Notes under the pieces: generated by a model
The model's database searches: none
What the model was told of the DNA's origin: nothing
Seen by the model: only the letters and a program-made list of their open reading frames with translations
Part shown: piece after piece, positions 10,177 through 19,618 of the stretch
Numbering within the stretch: position 1 is the stretch's first letter
Layout: each line of letters opens with the position of its first letter
Assembly: GCA_965221775.1 (NCBI GenBank)
Contig: CBDCSU010000005.1
Location: 1,344,001-1,408,000 of the forward strand
DNA length: 64,000 bases
From: Candidatus Latescibacterota bacterium
GTDB taxonomy: Bacteria > Latescibacterota > UBA2968 > UBA8231
Direction: 5' to 3'
Position numbers and translations under genes: made by a program

Positions 10177-11712
10177 ATGAGACGCATTCCCAACCTGACG
10201 GTGCTGCTCCTGCTCGCGGCCTCCTGTTGGAGCCAGGCGAGAGCCGAGGACCGGGAGACGAGGCGGCACACCTACGTCCGCAGCGCTCCGGCCGCGGCGG
10301 GCCAGAGCCTGCGCATCGAGGCCCACGGCGCCGACGTCACGATCACCGGCACCGGCGGCGACTCGGTGGCGGTGGAGGCGGTGATCGAGATCACCGGCGG
10401 CGACTCGGCGGCGGTGGAGGAGTACTTCCGGGCCGCCTCCCTGGTCCTGGAGCGGGAAGGGGGCGGGATGTACGCCCGTCTCGACGTCCCGGAACCACAC
10501 GTCGATGGCGAGGGCCGGTCGGCCGTCGGATTCCTGCGCAGGATGTTCTACGACGAGGGAGGCAACCTCCGGTTGTCCACCTCCGCGCGGCTGCGGGTGC
10601 GCGTGCCCTCGCGCTGTTCCGTCGATCTCTTCAACCGCTACGGCGACGTGCGCGTCGAGGGCATCGACGGGGAGCTGCACCTCGACAACAGCTCCGGCGG
10701 CGTGGACATCCGCGACGGCGGCGGCTCCCTGTCGGTGGCCAACGACTACGGCGAGGTGGAGGTGAGCCGTTTCCGCGGACCCGTGGACGTGAGCGGCAAC
10801 AGCACCCAGGTCGCCCTCTCGGAGGTCGACGGCCATGCGAATGTCCGCACCAGCTACAAGGGGGTACGCCTGGAGGGGGTGCGGGGACACGTGGCCGTGG
10901 AGAGCCTCAGCGGGGAGGTCATCGGCCGCGGCATCGAGGGCGACTGCACCGTGCGCAACTCCTACAAGAGCGTGGACCTCGAGGAGGTCTCCGGCTCGGT
11001 GCAGGTAGTAAGCCCGAGCGGCAGCGTGCGCCTGGACGGCATCGGCGGCAGCGCCCGGGTCGAGTCGAGCTACAAGCCGATCCGCGTATACCGCGTCCGC
11101 GGCGGGCTCGCCGTCAGCGGCAACTCCAGCGAGGTGGAGGTGAACCGGGTCGAGGGCGACGCGGCGATCGTCACCTCGTACAAGCCGATCCGCGTCGAGG
11201 AGGTGACCGGGAGCCTCTCCGTGAGCGCCAATTCCGCCAGCGTGACCGTCGAGTCCGTGGACAGCGACGCCGTCATCGTCACTTCGTACAAGCCGGTCCG
11301 CGTCGAGGACGTGGCCGGCAGCCTCACCGTGAACGCCAACTCCGCCGGCGTGACCGTCGAGGGCGTGGAGGGTGACGTGACGGTGACCAACTCCTACAAG
11401 CCGGTCGTCATCAAGAACGCCTCCGGCTCGATCACCGTGCGCGGCAACCACAGCCCCATCGAGGTCTCGCGGATCGCGCGCCCGAAGGAGGGCGGCAGAA
11501 TCGTCCTGGCCACCTCCGGCAAGCCGGTCACCCTCACCCTCCCGGCCGGCGCCGAGCCCGGCGGCTCCCTGAGGACGCGCCACGGCCGCATCGTCTCCGA
11601 CTTTCCGGTGATCCTCTCCACCGACCAGCGCAGCGCCCGGCTCAAGACCGGCGGCGGCTCCTTGAAGGTCCGTATCGACGCCGGCCGGGACATCACCCTG
11701 CGCCGGGAGTGA
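10177..11712 (+). CDS. DUF4097-like beta-strand repeat (putative adhesin) protein
   Basis: Signal peptide; recurring SYKPIRVEEVxGSLxVxANS units; ends GRDITLRRE. Confidence 0.75.
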   Translation: MRRIPNLTVLLLLAASCWSQARAEDRETRRHTYVRSAPAAAGQSLRIEAHGADVTITGTGGDSVAVEAVIEITGGDSAAVEEYFRAASLVLEREGGGMYARLDVPEPHVDGEGRSAVGFLRRMFYDEGGNLRLSTSARLRVRVPSRCSVDLFNRYGDVRVEGIDGELHLDNSSGGVDIRDGGGSLSVANDYGEVEVSRFRGPVDVSGNSTQVALSEVDGHANVRTSYKGVRLEGVRGHVAVESLSGEVIGRGIEGDCTVRNSYKSVDLEEVSGSVQVVSPSGSVRLDGIGGSARVESSYKPIRVYRVRGGLAVSGNSSEVEVNRVEGDAAIVTSYKPIRVEEVTGSLSVSANSASVTVESVDSDAVIVTSYKPVRVEDVAGSLTVNANSAGVTVEGVEGDVTVTNSYKPVVIKNASGSITVRGNHSPIEVSRIARPKEGGRIVLATSGKPVTLTLPAGAEPGGSLRTRHGRIVSDFPVILSTDQRSARLKTGGGSLKVRIDAGRDITLRRE

Positions 11713-11715
11713 GGG

Positions 11716-12540
11716 TCAGGGCTCCAGGTCCTCCACCCGAACCGTCCCCTTCCACTCGTCGTAGTCGGCCGTCATCGCCTCCGACCACGCCCGGTCGACC
11801 TCGCCGGGGGTGTAGACGCCCTCGCGGATGCGCATCTTGCCGAAGTAGTCGCGCATGCGCGTCTCCTCCGACTTCTCGACGACCTCCGCCGCCAGCTTCG
11901 GCGGCACGAAGACGATCCCCGAGGGCGTGCCCAGCACCACGTCGCCGGGCATCACCGTGGCCTCGCCGATGCGCACGGGGCCGTTGATCTCGGCCAGGGT
12001 CACGTCGCCGATGGCGGTGGGGTGGACGTCGCGGCAGAACACGTTCATCGGCAGCTGGGCGACGCGCTGGGCGTCGCGGATCGAGCCGTCCACCACCAGG
12101 CCGGTGCCCCCGGTGCGGGTGGCGATGGCGGTGCCGAGGTTGTCGCCGATGAAGGTGCCGCGCTCGATCTTGCCGAAGAGCTCGACGACGAGGACGTCGT
12201 TGTTCTCCAGAGTGTCGATGACCCACGAGTTCTGGCCGCCCACGCGCTCCTTCTCCTTGCCCTCCTCCTCCACCAGGGCGTGCAGGTCGGGGCGCTGCGG
12301 CACGTAGCGGCAGGTGACGGCGCGGCCGACGAGGATCCGCTCCGGGTGCAGGTTCATCCAGCCGCCGTCGTACTGGAGCCGGAACTCGTGGCCCATGAGC
12401 ACGCCCCAGGCCTCCTCGGTGGTCACCCTCTTCATGCGCTCCAGGATGTCGTCGGGCACCAGGGGCCGGCCGAAGCGGTCCCTGGGCAGGTCGCAGTCGC
12501 GGGTGAGCTCGGCATTGCGCTCCGGGCAGTTCAGTTCCAT
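11716..12540 (-). CDS. RraA/HMG-aldolase family protein
   Basis: GRAVT, DVLVVE, FIGDNLGT, GLVVDGSIRD, PVRIGEATVMPGDVVLG. Confidence 0.85.
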   Translation of the reverse strand: MELNCPERNAELTRDCDLPRDRFGRPLVPDDILERMKRVTTEEAWGVLMGHEFRLQYDGGWMNLHPERILVGRAVTCRYVPQRPDLHALVEEEGKEKERVGGQNSWVIDTLENNDVLVVELFGKIERGTFIGDNLGTAIATRTGGTGLVVDGSIRDAQRVAQLPMNVFCRDVHPTAIGDVTLAEINGPVRIGEATVMPGDVVLGTPSGIVFVPPKLAAEVVEKSEETRMRDYFGKMRIREGVYTPGEVDRAWSEAMTADYDEWKGTVRVEDLEP

Positions 12541-12715
12541 CCATCGCCTCGTTTCGTCTTGGTGGGGGTTCACGGATCCAGCCGATAGAATAGACACGAT
12601 CCGCCTCCCCGGGCACGGCCCCGCGCCGTCGCCGGGGCCCACTCCATCCCCTAAGATTTCCGGCTCCCCGACGCCCCGCACCGCCACCGGCGCGGGCCTT
12701 CCGCGAGAGATCCCC

Positions 12716-14197
12716 GTGAGCGAGCGGCCCAACCTCCTCTACCTGCACTCCGACCAGCACAGCCCCTTCGTGGCCGGCTGCTACGGCGACGAGCTGGTCC
12801 ACACCCCCCACCTCGACCGCCTCGCCGCCCGGGGCGTCGTCCTCGACGCCTGCTACTGCCCCTCTCCCCTGTGCGTGCCGTCGCGCATGTCCGCCCTCAC
12901 CGGCCGCCACCCCTTCGAGAACCGGGTCTGGACCAACAGCCACGTCCTCGACTCCGCCATCCCCACCCTGGCCCACTCCATGGGCGCCGGCGGCTACCGG
13001 CCGGCCCTGATCGGCCGCATGCACGCCCTCGGCCCCGACCAGCTCCACGGCTACGCCGAGCGCCTCGTGGGCGATCACGGCCCCAACCACCTCGGCGGCC
13101 GCGGCGTCGACCACGGCGAGCTGACCGGCACCGCGGGTCCGGCGCGGGTCAGCCTGGTCAAGTCGGGGCCGGGCCAGAGCGCCTACCAAGTCCACGACGA
13201 GGACGTGACGGATTGCGCCGTCGACTGGCTGCAGGCCCAGGGGGCCCGCCGCAAGGCCGGGGACGACTCCCCCTTCTCCCTCTCCGTGGGCTTCATGCTG
13301 CCCCATCAGCCCTTCGTGGCCAAGGCCGGGGACTACTCCCGCTACGAGGGCCGCATGACCCTGCCGCGGACCCCGGAACCGTTCTCCGACGCCCTGCACC
13401 CGCACCTGCGCGCCTGGCGCCAGGCCTGCGGCATCGAGGAGGTGACGGAGGAGGAGATCCTGCGCGCGCGCACCGCCTACTGGGCCCTGGTGACGCGCCT
13501 CGACCACATGATCGGCCGCATCCTCGGCGCCCTGGAGACCGCCGGCCTGGCGGAGAACACCCTCGTCCTCTACACCTCCGACCACGGCGAGCAGGCCGGC
13601 GAGCACGGACTCTGGTGGAAGCAGACCTTCTACGAGGACTCGGTGCGGGTGCCGGCGATCCTGTCGTGGCCCGGACGGCTGCCCGAGGGCGGCCGCTGCG
13701 GGCGCGTGACCAGCAGCCTGGACCTCAACGCCACCATGCTCGACGCCCTGGCGTGCCCGCCCCTGCCCCACTCCCGGGGCCGCAGCCTGCTGCCGCTGCT
13801 GCAGTCGCCGGGGGCGGCCGAGTGGGAGGACATCGCCTTCAGCGAGTTCTGCCTCGACGGGGCGGGCGCCGCCGGACCCGTGGCGGGGGAGGTGGTGCAG
13901 CGGATGGTGCGCCGCGGACCGTGGAAGCTGAACTACTACGACGGCCAGCCCAGCCAGCTCTTCCACCTGGAGGAGGACCCCCGCGAGACCCGCGACCGGG
14001 CGGCGGACCCGTCCTGCGCCGGGGTGCGGGCCGAGCTGGAGGCACTCGTGCTCGACGGCTGGGACCCGGCCCGGGTGCGGGAGCAGATGGCGCGGCGGCG
14101 GGCCGAGGGGCGGATCCTGGCCGAGTGGGGGCGGCGGGTGCAGCCGGCGGATGTGTGCCGCTGGGACCTGCGGCCGGAGATGGACTATCTGGATTGA
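12716..14197 (+). CDS. Sulfatase (choline-sulfatase-like, Cys-type FGly)
   Basis: RPNLLYLHSDQH, CVPSRMSALTG (CxPxR), YTSDHGE, WWKQTFYEDSVRVP. Confidence 0.9.
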   Translation: MSERPNLLYLHSDQHSPFVAGCYGDELVHTPHLDRLAARGVVLDACYCPSPLCVPSRMSALTGRHPFENRVWTNSHVLDSAIPTLAHSMGAGGYRPALIGRMHALGPDQLHGYAERLVGDHGPNHLGGRGVDHGELTGTAGPARVSLVKSGPGQSAYQVHDEDVTDCAVDWLQAQGARRKAGDDSPFSLSVGFMLPHQPFVAKAGDYSRYEGRMTLPRTPEPFSDALHPHLRAWRQACGIEEVTEEEILRARTAYWALVTRLDHMIGRILGALETAGLAENTLVLYTSDHGEQAGEHGLWWKQTFYEDSVRVPAILSWPGRLPEGGRCGRVTSSLDLNATMLDALACPPLPHSRGRSLLPLLQSPGAAEWEDIAFSEFCLDGAGAAGPVAGEVVQRMVRRGPWKLNYYDGQPSQLFHLEEDPRETRDRAADPSCAGVRAELEALVLDGWDPARVREQMARRRAEGRILAEWGRRVQPADVCRWDLRPEMDYLD

Positions 14198-14233
14198 GGG
14201 GGGCGGGACCGGTGCGGTCCGGTCGGAAAGTTC

Positions 14234-14351
14234 GGTCAAACTACGTGCCAAATAAGGTGTCAAATATGCCTTGATAAAGTACTATAAGAGAATTATTATC
14301 AGTATGTTAAATGCCTGTCAAAAAACCTGCCAAAAAGGCCGCCAGATAGAT
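14234..14351 (+). repeat. Two triplets of 12-bp-period direct repeats flanking the fic promoter
   Basis: GGTCAAACTACG/TGCCAAATAAGG/TGTCAAATATGC at 14234/14246/14258; TGTCAAAAAACC/TGCCAAAAAGGC/CGCCAGATAGAT at 14316/14328/14340. Confidence 0.7.
14271..14299 (+). promoter_or_regulatory. Sigma-70-type promoter of fic
   Basis: TTGATA-N17-TATTAT; overlaps the inverted repeat TGATAA...TTATCA. Confidence 0.6.
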
Positions 14352-15537
14352 GAACTGGAGACGGTTCCGATTCGAGTACTCCATCCAGCTCGAGAGCCTG
14401 ACCTCCGATCTGATCGCGATTGAGGCCTACAGGCAGGCTGCGCTCAATCTGGTCCTCCCTCCGCCTTGGAAGGAACAGTTGGACCAGTTGAACCGTGTGC
14501 GCGCGGTCCACGGGACTACCGCCCTCGAGGGGAATCCTCTGACCGAAGCCGAAGTGCGCCTGCAGATGGAACACCTGCAGGAGTCCGAGGAGCCGCCCGC
14601 GAACCAGTCCATGGAGCAGCGTCAGGTGAGCAACGCAGGGTTGGCCCAGGAGTGGGTCAGGGAAAGGCTGTCACCCGGAAGCGAGCCTCTCAGGCTCCCG
14701 GACATCCTCTACCTGCACGAACGTCTCACGGAGGGATCCGATGAGAAGGACAACGTCCCGGGGCGGCTGAGGATGCACCGGGTCGTCGTCGGGACGGAGG
14801 AGCTGGGCGGGGTGCATCGAGGAGCCCCCCCGGAGAACCTGCCCCGGCTCATGGACGAGTTCGTGGAGTTCGTGAACTCGAAACGCTGCCTGGATCAGCA
14901 CCCCGTGGTCCGGGCCCTGTTGGCCCACTTCTTCCTGGTGACGATCCATCCCTTCGGCGACGGGAACGGGAGAGTCTCCAGGCTGGTCGAGGCTGGCATC
15001 CTCTTCCAAGGCGGTTACAACGTCCTGGGATTCTACGGACTGTCGAACTTCTTCTACCGCAACGCGGACCAGTACAAGCATCTGCTTCAGCAGAGCCGGC
15101 GCACCCAGCCTTTCGACCTGACCGCCTTCGTGGCCTTCGGCATCAAGGGCTTCGCGGCCGAGTTGCGCGGCATCAACGACTTCATCAAGGCCAAGCTCAA
15201 CCGTCTTGTCTACAGGGACACCATGGTCAGGGCCTTGGGGCAACGCGCCGGGAAGCGCCGCCGCGTTCTTAACACCCGGGAGTACGATCTGCTCGATTTC
15301 CTGCTGCAGGAAACGGAACCGATCGATCCATTCTCCGACGCGCCCTCCAGGAAGATCGGACTCTCCGAACTGGTCCAGGCGGCCTATGTCCAGGCCGTCT
15401 ACAAGGATGTCAAGCGCCGTACGCTTTGGCGGGAACTGATCCGGTTGGCAGAGATGGGCTTCATCCGCGTCTCGGCTGCCGCCGAGATGGAGGACTCGAC
15501 GATCGAAATCGACTTTGACGCGATCGGGAAATACTGA
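14350..15537 (+). CDS. Fic family protein (class II-like, possible C-terminal wHTH)
   Basis: Catalytic HPFGDGNGRVSR; N-terminal inhibitory motif TTALEGN; C-terminal RRTLWRELIRLAEMGFI. Confidence 0.92.
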   Translation: MNWRRFRFEYSIQLESLTSDLIAIEAYRQAALNLVLPPPWKEQLDQLNRVRAVHGTTALEGNPLTEAEVRLQMEHLQESEEPPANQSMEQRQVSNAGLAQEWVRERLSPGSEPLRLPDILYLHERLTEGSDEKDNVPGRLRMHRVVVGTEELGGVHRGAPPENLPRLMDEFVEFVNSKRCLDQHPVVRALLAHFFLVTIHPFGDGNGRVSRLVEAGILFQGGYNVLGFYGLSNFFYRNADQYKHLLQQSRRTQPFDLTAFVAFGIKGFAAELRGINDFIKAKLNRLVYRDTMVRALGQRAGKRRRVLNTREYDLLDFLLQETEPIDPFSDAPSRKIGLSELVQAAYVQAVYKDVKRRTLWRELIRLAEMGFIRVSAAAEMEDSTIEIDFDAIGKY

Positions 15538-15551
15538 CACGGAGAGCACGA

Positions 15552-16445
15552 ATGTCAGCCTTCGATCCATGCGATTACAAGATCCTCTTCAAGGATGACT
15601 GGAATACAAGGGGGCTCGCTCAAGGGCTTGCGGAGCTTGAGCGGCAGGCCCTTTCCGAGGAGTTCCGCAAACTGGTCCGGGAGGCGCCTCGGCGCTCAGA
15701 GAGTGGCAAGAGCTACTTCGTCGGACATGAGGGCAAGCATTCGACGGGTTGCAGCAACCGGGGCGAGGAACTGCTGGCCCTCGCTCTCTGGAATCACAAA
15801 GGATGTTGGGCACGTCCAGGAGGCGGTTGGCTTCGGCTGCTCGATTACCAGTTTCCGCTGAAAGCAGAAAGGCGTGACAGTGGCATCGGCAAGGTCGATT
15901 TGCTGGGCCTCACGGATGAGGGGCGGATCGTGGTGATCGAGTTGAAGGTGAAACCCCCGGTACAGAGCAACCGCGGCGAGACTCCTGCGAGGGCACTGAT
16001 CGAGGGCCTTCGCTACGCCGCCATCGTGAAGGCCAATCTGTGCGCCATCGCCCGAGAAGCGAAGGACCCGGAGGACTGTCAGACTCGTTGGCACGGGGAG
16101 ATCTCCAAGAGCCCTCCGATTGTGCAGGTACTCGCACCAAAGGACTGGTGGAAAGGCTGGTTGAACCTCGGCGGCTCGACTCGCAAGGCCGCCGGATGCT
16201 GGGAGCGTGAGTTCAGCCAACTCACAAGGGATATCGAAATGCAACTAGGTGTCGCCGTGGAGTGTGTTGCGCTCAGCGATGCCGATGTCACTCACTGCAG
16301 GCAGAAGCCGAAGCTCCTCCGCACACCCGTGCTCTATTCGGTTGACCTTGCCCCTGTTCCGGCCATCGGTGATGTCCTATCGCACACCGGGCGGAACTGT
16401 GGGCCGAGCTGGAACTTGGAAAGCAAAGCCCCGAAGCCGAGATAG
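15552..16445 (+). CDS. Putative PD-(D/E)xK nuclease-fold protein
   Basis: YQFPL...GKVDLLGL...IVVIELK...ALIEGLRY pattern. Confidence 0.6.
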   Translation: MSAFDPCDYKILFKDDWNTRGLAQGLAELERQALSEEFRKLVREAPRRSESGKSYFVGHEGKHSTGCSNRGEELLALALWNHKGCWARPGGGWLRLLDYQFPLKAERRDSGIGKVDLLGLTDEGRIVVIELKVKPPVQSNRGETPARALIEGLRYAAIVKANLCAIAREAKDPEDCQTRWHGEISKSPPIVQVLAPKDWWKGWLNLGGSTRKAAGCWEREFSQLTRDIEMQLGVAVECVALSDADVTHCRQKPKLLRTPVLYSVDLAPVPAIGDVLSHTGRNCGPSWNLESKAPKPR

Positions 16446-16792
16446 GAAATGAGATAGATGTCAAAGGAAGAGGGCGGCAGCTCGATAGAATCCGAGATGC
16501 GTCGTCGTGCCAAGGCCAAGAGAACCATTGCCTGCGTTGAGGAGAAGCTGGAGGCCATTCAGCACAGCGGAGGGATGTGGGACAGGCGGAGCAGCGCTTG
16601 GCCGACCTTGGAGTGCCCATCTAGATCGCTGCGCCCCGAACGATCCCATGCCACAGCCGGTGCGCACTGGCGGAGATCCAAGCCGGAACATCGGACACGC
16701 GCTGATTGTTTGCGACGCCCGCAACCCCGAGTTCTGGCCTGGAGGTAGAGCCGCCCAACAGTGGGAACCCGCAACGAACTGGAGCCGGACTG

Positions 16793-17422
16793 ATGGAGGT
16801 CTTCGACTACCGCCGCGACGTACGCAACATCTTCGTCTCCTCGCAGATGCGCTCGCGGTTTCTGCGCATGGAGCCGGGACAGCAAGCCGACCTGCACAGC
16901 CACGACCTGGGCCACGAGGTCTTCCTCATCCTGCAGGGGCTGGCGCGGTTCGAGATCTCGGGGGAGGTGGCCGACCTCGGACCCGGACAGGCGTGCTTCG
17001 CCCTGGCCCACGAGCCCCACCGGGTCAGCGTGATCGGCGACGAGCCGATGACCATGTATCTCTCGGTGACGCCGCACGTGCAGCCCACGCACACGGGCCG
17101 CACCGAGGAGGGGGGCCGGCTGCCCGTCCGCTTCCAGCCGTCGGCGGCGTACGACGTGGAGGAGGACCCGGCCCCGGTGGAGGAGCTGGTGGAGTGCTTC
17201 GTCGGCCTGGCGGAGGAACTGGCTTCCGCGGCTGCCACCGCCGCCGGGGAGCACCGCGAGTCCGGCGCCCGCCTGCGGGAGGCCCTCGCCGCCGGCGACG
17301 AGGAAGCCGCCGGCCGTCACCGCGAGGCGATGTGGCTGGCCCTGCGCGGCGTGGTGGACAAGCTCCACGAGACGGCGGAGCAGTGGAACCGGCTGGCGCC
17401 GCGGGCGGGGAAAACCGGATGA
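16793..17422 (+). CDS. Cupin domain protein
   Basis: HSHDLGHEVFLILQG...LGPGQ...HEPHRV. Confidence 0.85.
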   Translation: MEVFDYRRDVRNIFVSSQMRSRFLRMEPGQQADLHSHDLGHEVFLILQGLARFEISGEVADLGPGQACFALAHEPHRVSVIGDEPMTMYLSVTPHVQPTHTGRTEEGGRLPVRFQPSAAYDVEEDPAPVEELVECFVGLAEELASAAATAAGEHRESGARLREALAAGDEEAAGRHREAMWLALRGVVDKLHETAEQWNRLAPRAGKTG

Positions 17423-18495
17423 GCGGGACCCGCCGGCTGCGAATCGGCGTCGTCGGCTGCGGCGCCGTGGCCCAGGTGCAGCACCTGCCCAACCTCGCCT
17501 TCCTGCGCGAGGAGTTCGAGATCGCCGGCCTCTGCGACCTGTCCCCGACGCTGGCGCGCTCGGCGGCCGAGGAGTACCACGTCCCCGCCTGGTTCACGGA
17601 TCTGCGGGACCTGCTGGCGGCCGATCTCGACGCCGTCCTGCTGTGCCAGTCCGACCCCAAGGTGAGCGCCGCCCTCGAGGTGCTGGAGTCCGGCCGCCAC
17701 CTGCTCATCGAGAAGCCGGTGGCCTTCGTGCCCGAAGACGTGGACCGCATGGCCCGCGCTGCCGCCGACGCAGGGGTGGTGGCCCAGGCCGCGTACATGA
17801 AGCTCTACGATCCCGCCTTCCGCCTCCTGGAGCGCGAGGTGCGGGCCATGGGGGAGCGCCGCTTCGCCCAGGTGAACCACCTGCACACGGACAACCGCCA
17901 TCACCTCGCCCACTTCCGGCTGCGCAGCGCCGGCGACCTGCCCGACTCCGCCCTCCGGGAACGGGCCACCCAGCGGGACGCCGACGCCGCCCGCGCCCTC
18001 GGCGACGTCCCCGGCCACGTGCGTTCCGCCTTCTTCCACCTCGCCGGCAGCATGATCCACGACCTCTACGGGCTGCGCCACCTCTTCGGCCCGCCGGAGC
18101 GGGTGGCGGCCACCGAGATCTGGAACGGCGGCCTGGGGATCAGCACGATCCTCGGGTGGGCCGGCGGCCTGCGCTGCGCCGCCACCTGGGTGGAGTTGGA
18201 GCGCATCCGCCACTTCCGCGAGACCCTGGAGGTCTACGGTCCGGAGCGCGGGGTGATCCTGTCCTACCCGACGGGGTTCTCGCGGGGGCTGCTGAGCGAA
18301 GTGGTGATCCGCGGCGTCTCGGAGGAGGGCGAGCCCTTCGAGCGCCGGCCCGCCGTCGACTGGGAGAGCCCCTTTGTCGCCGAGCTGCGCCACTTCCACG
18401 CGTGTGTGACGGAGGGGGAGACCTGCCGCACGCCGCTGGGGGAGGCGCGGCACGACGTGCAACTGGTGGTGGATATTGCGCGTGGGGCGGTCTGA
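17419..18495 (+). CDS. Gfo/Idh/MocA family oxidoreductase
   Basis: RIGVVGCGAVAQ, HLLIEKPVA, YMKLYDP, MIHDL. Confidence 0.88.
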   Translation: MSGTRRLRIGVVGCGAVAQVQHLPNLAFLREEFEIAGLCDLSPTLARSAAEEYHVPAWFTDLRDLLAADLDAVLLCQSDPKVSAALEVLESGRHLLIEKPVAFVPEDVDRMARAAADAGVVAQAAYMKLYDPAFRLLEREVRAMGERRFAQVNHLHTDNRHHLAHFRLRSAGDLPDSALRERATQRDADAARALGDVPGHVRSAFFHLAGSMIHDLYGLRHLFGPPERVAATEIWNGGLGISTILGWAGGLRCAATWVELERIRHFRETLEVYGPERGVILSYPTGFSRGLLSEVVIRGVSEEGEPFERRPAVDWESPFVAELRHFHACVTEGETCRTPLGEARHDVQLVVDIARGAV

Positions 18496-18510
18496 CGCGT
18501 CTCCAAGTCC

Positions 18511-18606
18511 TCAGTACCTCGTATCAACCCACTCGGCGTAACGGCCGCACACGTGGGGATTGAGGCCGAGGGCGGATGCCTCTTCGATGATCTCACGCTT
18601 GTCGAT
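18511..18606 (-). pseudogene. Remnant of AbiEii-type nucleotidyltransferase toxin
   Basis: Reads IDKREIIEEASALGLNPHV-CGRYAEWVDTRY*, resembling the AbiEii N-terminus (MIxxREI...LGLxPxVVEKDY). ATG is absent: GCAGATC where an overlapping GCATGATC is expected. Confidence 0.6.
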
Positions 18607-19498
18607 CTGCGCGCTGCTCGGACAGCCAGCTCGGCGGCACCCAGAGGCGCCACCGTGAAACCAGGCGGGTGCAGTCCAGGCCGGAGTCGAGCCGGGCGTT
18701 GCCTTGCGTCAGCCGCGTGCGGCAACTCTCGGATAGGCCACCGGCCCTCTCCTGCCTCTCGGCAAGGAATCCGAGCCGCTTGAAGACGGCACCGTTGCCG
18801 AGGGTTTCGGCATACTCGATCAGGGTATCGTCACTGCGGTCCTCGCGATTCAGATAGCCCTGCAGGCAGTCTGCGACATGCTGTATCCCACCGCCGCGGG
18901 CGGGATCGTCGAGCACGTCCACCATGGTGCGGTGAACGTCGGAGACCAGGACCCTCGACCGCCCACGCCAGACCGGCCGGGTGCCGAAGATTCTCCGCTC
19001 GGGGATCTGATGCAGAGTGAAATGAGCGCCATGACGCACCTGGTGTTTCTCGCGCACCGGCCGGGCCGTCATGACCACGATGTCGCGGAACAGCTGTTCG
19101 GTCAGGTCCCAGTGCTCTGCTGCTGTACGGCCGCCCACATAGGCCGGACCGTAGAGGGCGGGAACCAGCACCCACGGGTCGTCCAGAACCTGCGCGCTGT
19201 CGAGCAGATCCAAAGAGGAGGCGGACACGTATGCGCCGCGCCCCACGCGGCGCAGCCAGCCCTGGCTGGTCCAGCGTGAGAGAAGCTGGGATGCTCTGGT
19301 CCGATCAACCGACAGCGTGGCGACGACGTCGTCGGCCCCAATGACATCGCCAGCGTCTCGTATTACCGACACGAGACGGCGTCTGCCGCGCGGTATGGGC
19401 TGTTCCTCGGTGATTTTCGCTATACTCCGAGAGGATAAATTCGCCTTTTGCGTTAATTTCTGCGTGACGAATATACCAGCATAGGCAGGAGGCCGCAA
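18593..19498 (-). CDS. Type IV TA AbiEi-family antitoxin (start uncertain)
   Basis: wHTH LLSRWTSQGWLRRVGRGAY; AYVGGRTAAEHWDLTEQ; VSDVHRTMVDVLDDP..GGG; GNGAVFKRLGFL. Confidence 0.82.
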   Translation of the reverse strand: MRPPAYAGIFVTQKLTQKANLSSRSIAKITEEQPIPRGRRRLVSVIRDAGDVIGADDVVATLSVDRTRASQLLSRWTSQGWLRRVGRGAYVSASSLDLLDSAQVLDDPWVLVPALYGPAYVGGRTAAEHWDLTEQLFRDIVVMTARPVREKHQVRHGAHFTLHQIPERRIFGTRPVWRGRSRVLVSDVHRTMVDVLDDPARGGGIQHVADCLQGYLNREDRSDDTLIEYAETLGNGAVFKRLGFLAERQERAGGLSESCRTRLTQGNARLDSGLDCTRLVSRWRLWVPPSWLSEQRADRQA

Positions 19499-19618
19499 CC
19501 AAGGTCCGTCCTGACGAGCCGGGTCACCCTCCGGGTCCAGATCAGAGTTCGTCTGCCGCTACATCCAGCTCAGAACTGGGACGACATGCCGAAGTAGCGA
19601 GCCAGACGCAGGGCCGTA

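Noticed and set aside
16458-16748. 96-aa ORF after the PD-(D/E)xK gene
   Set aside because: The first 40 or so codons look plausible but no family is recognisable; it may be a remnant, so it was not called.
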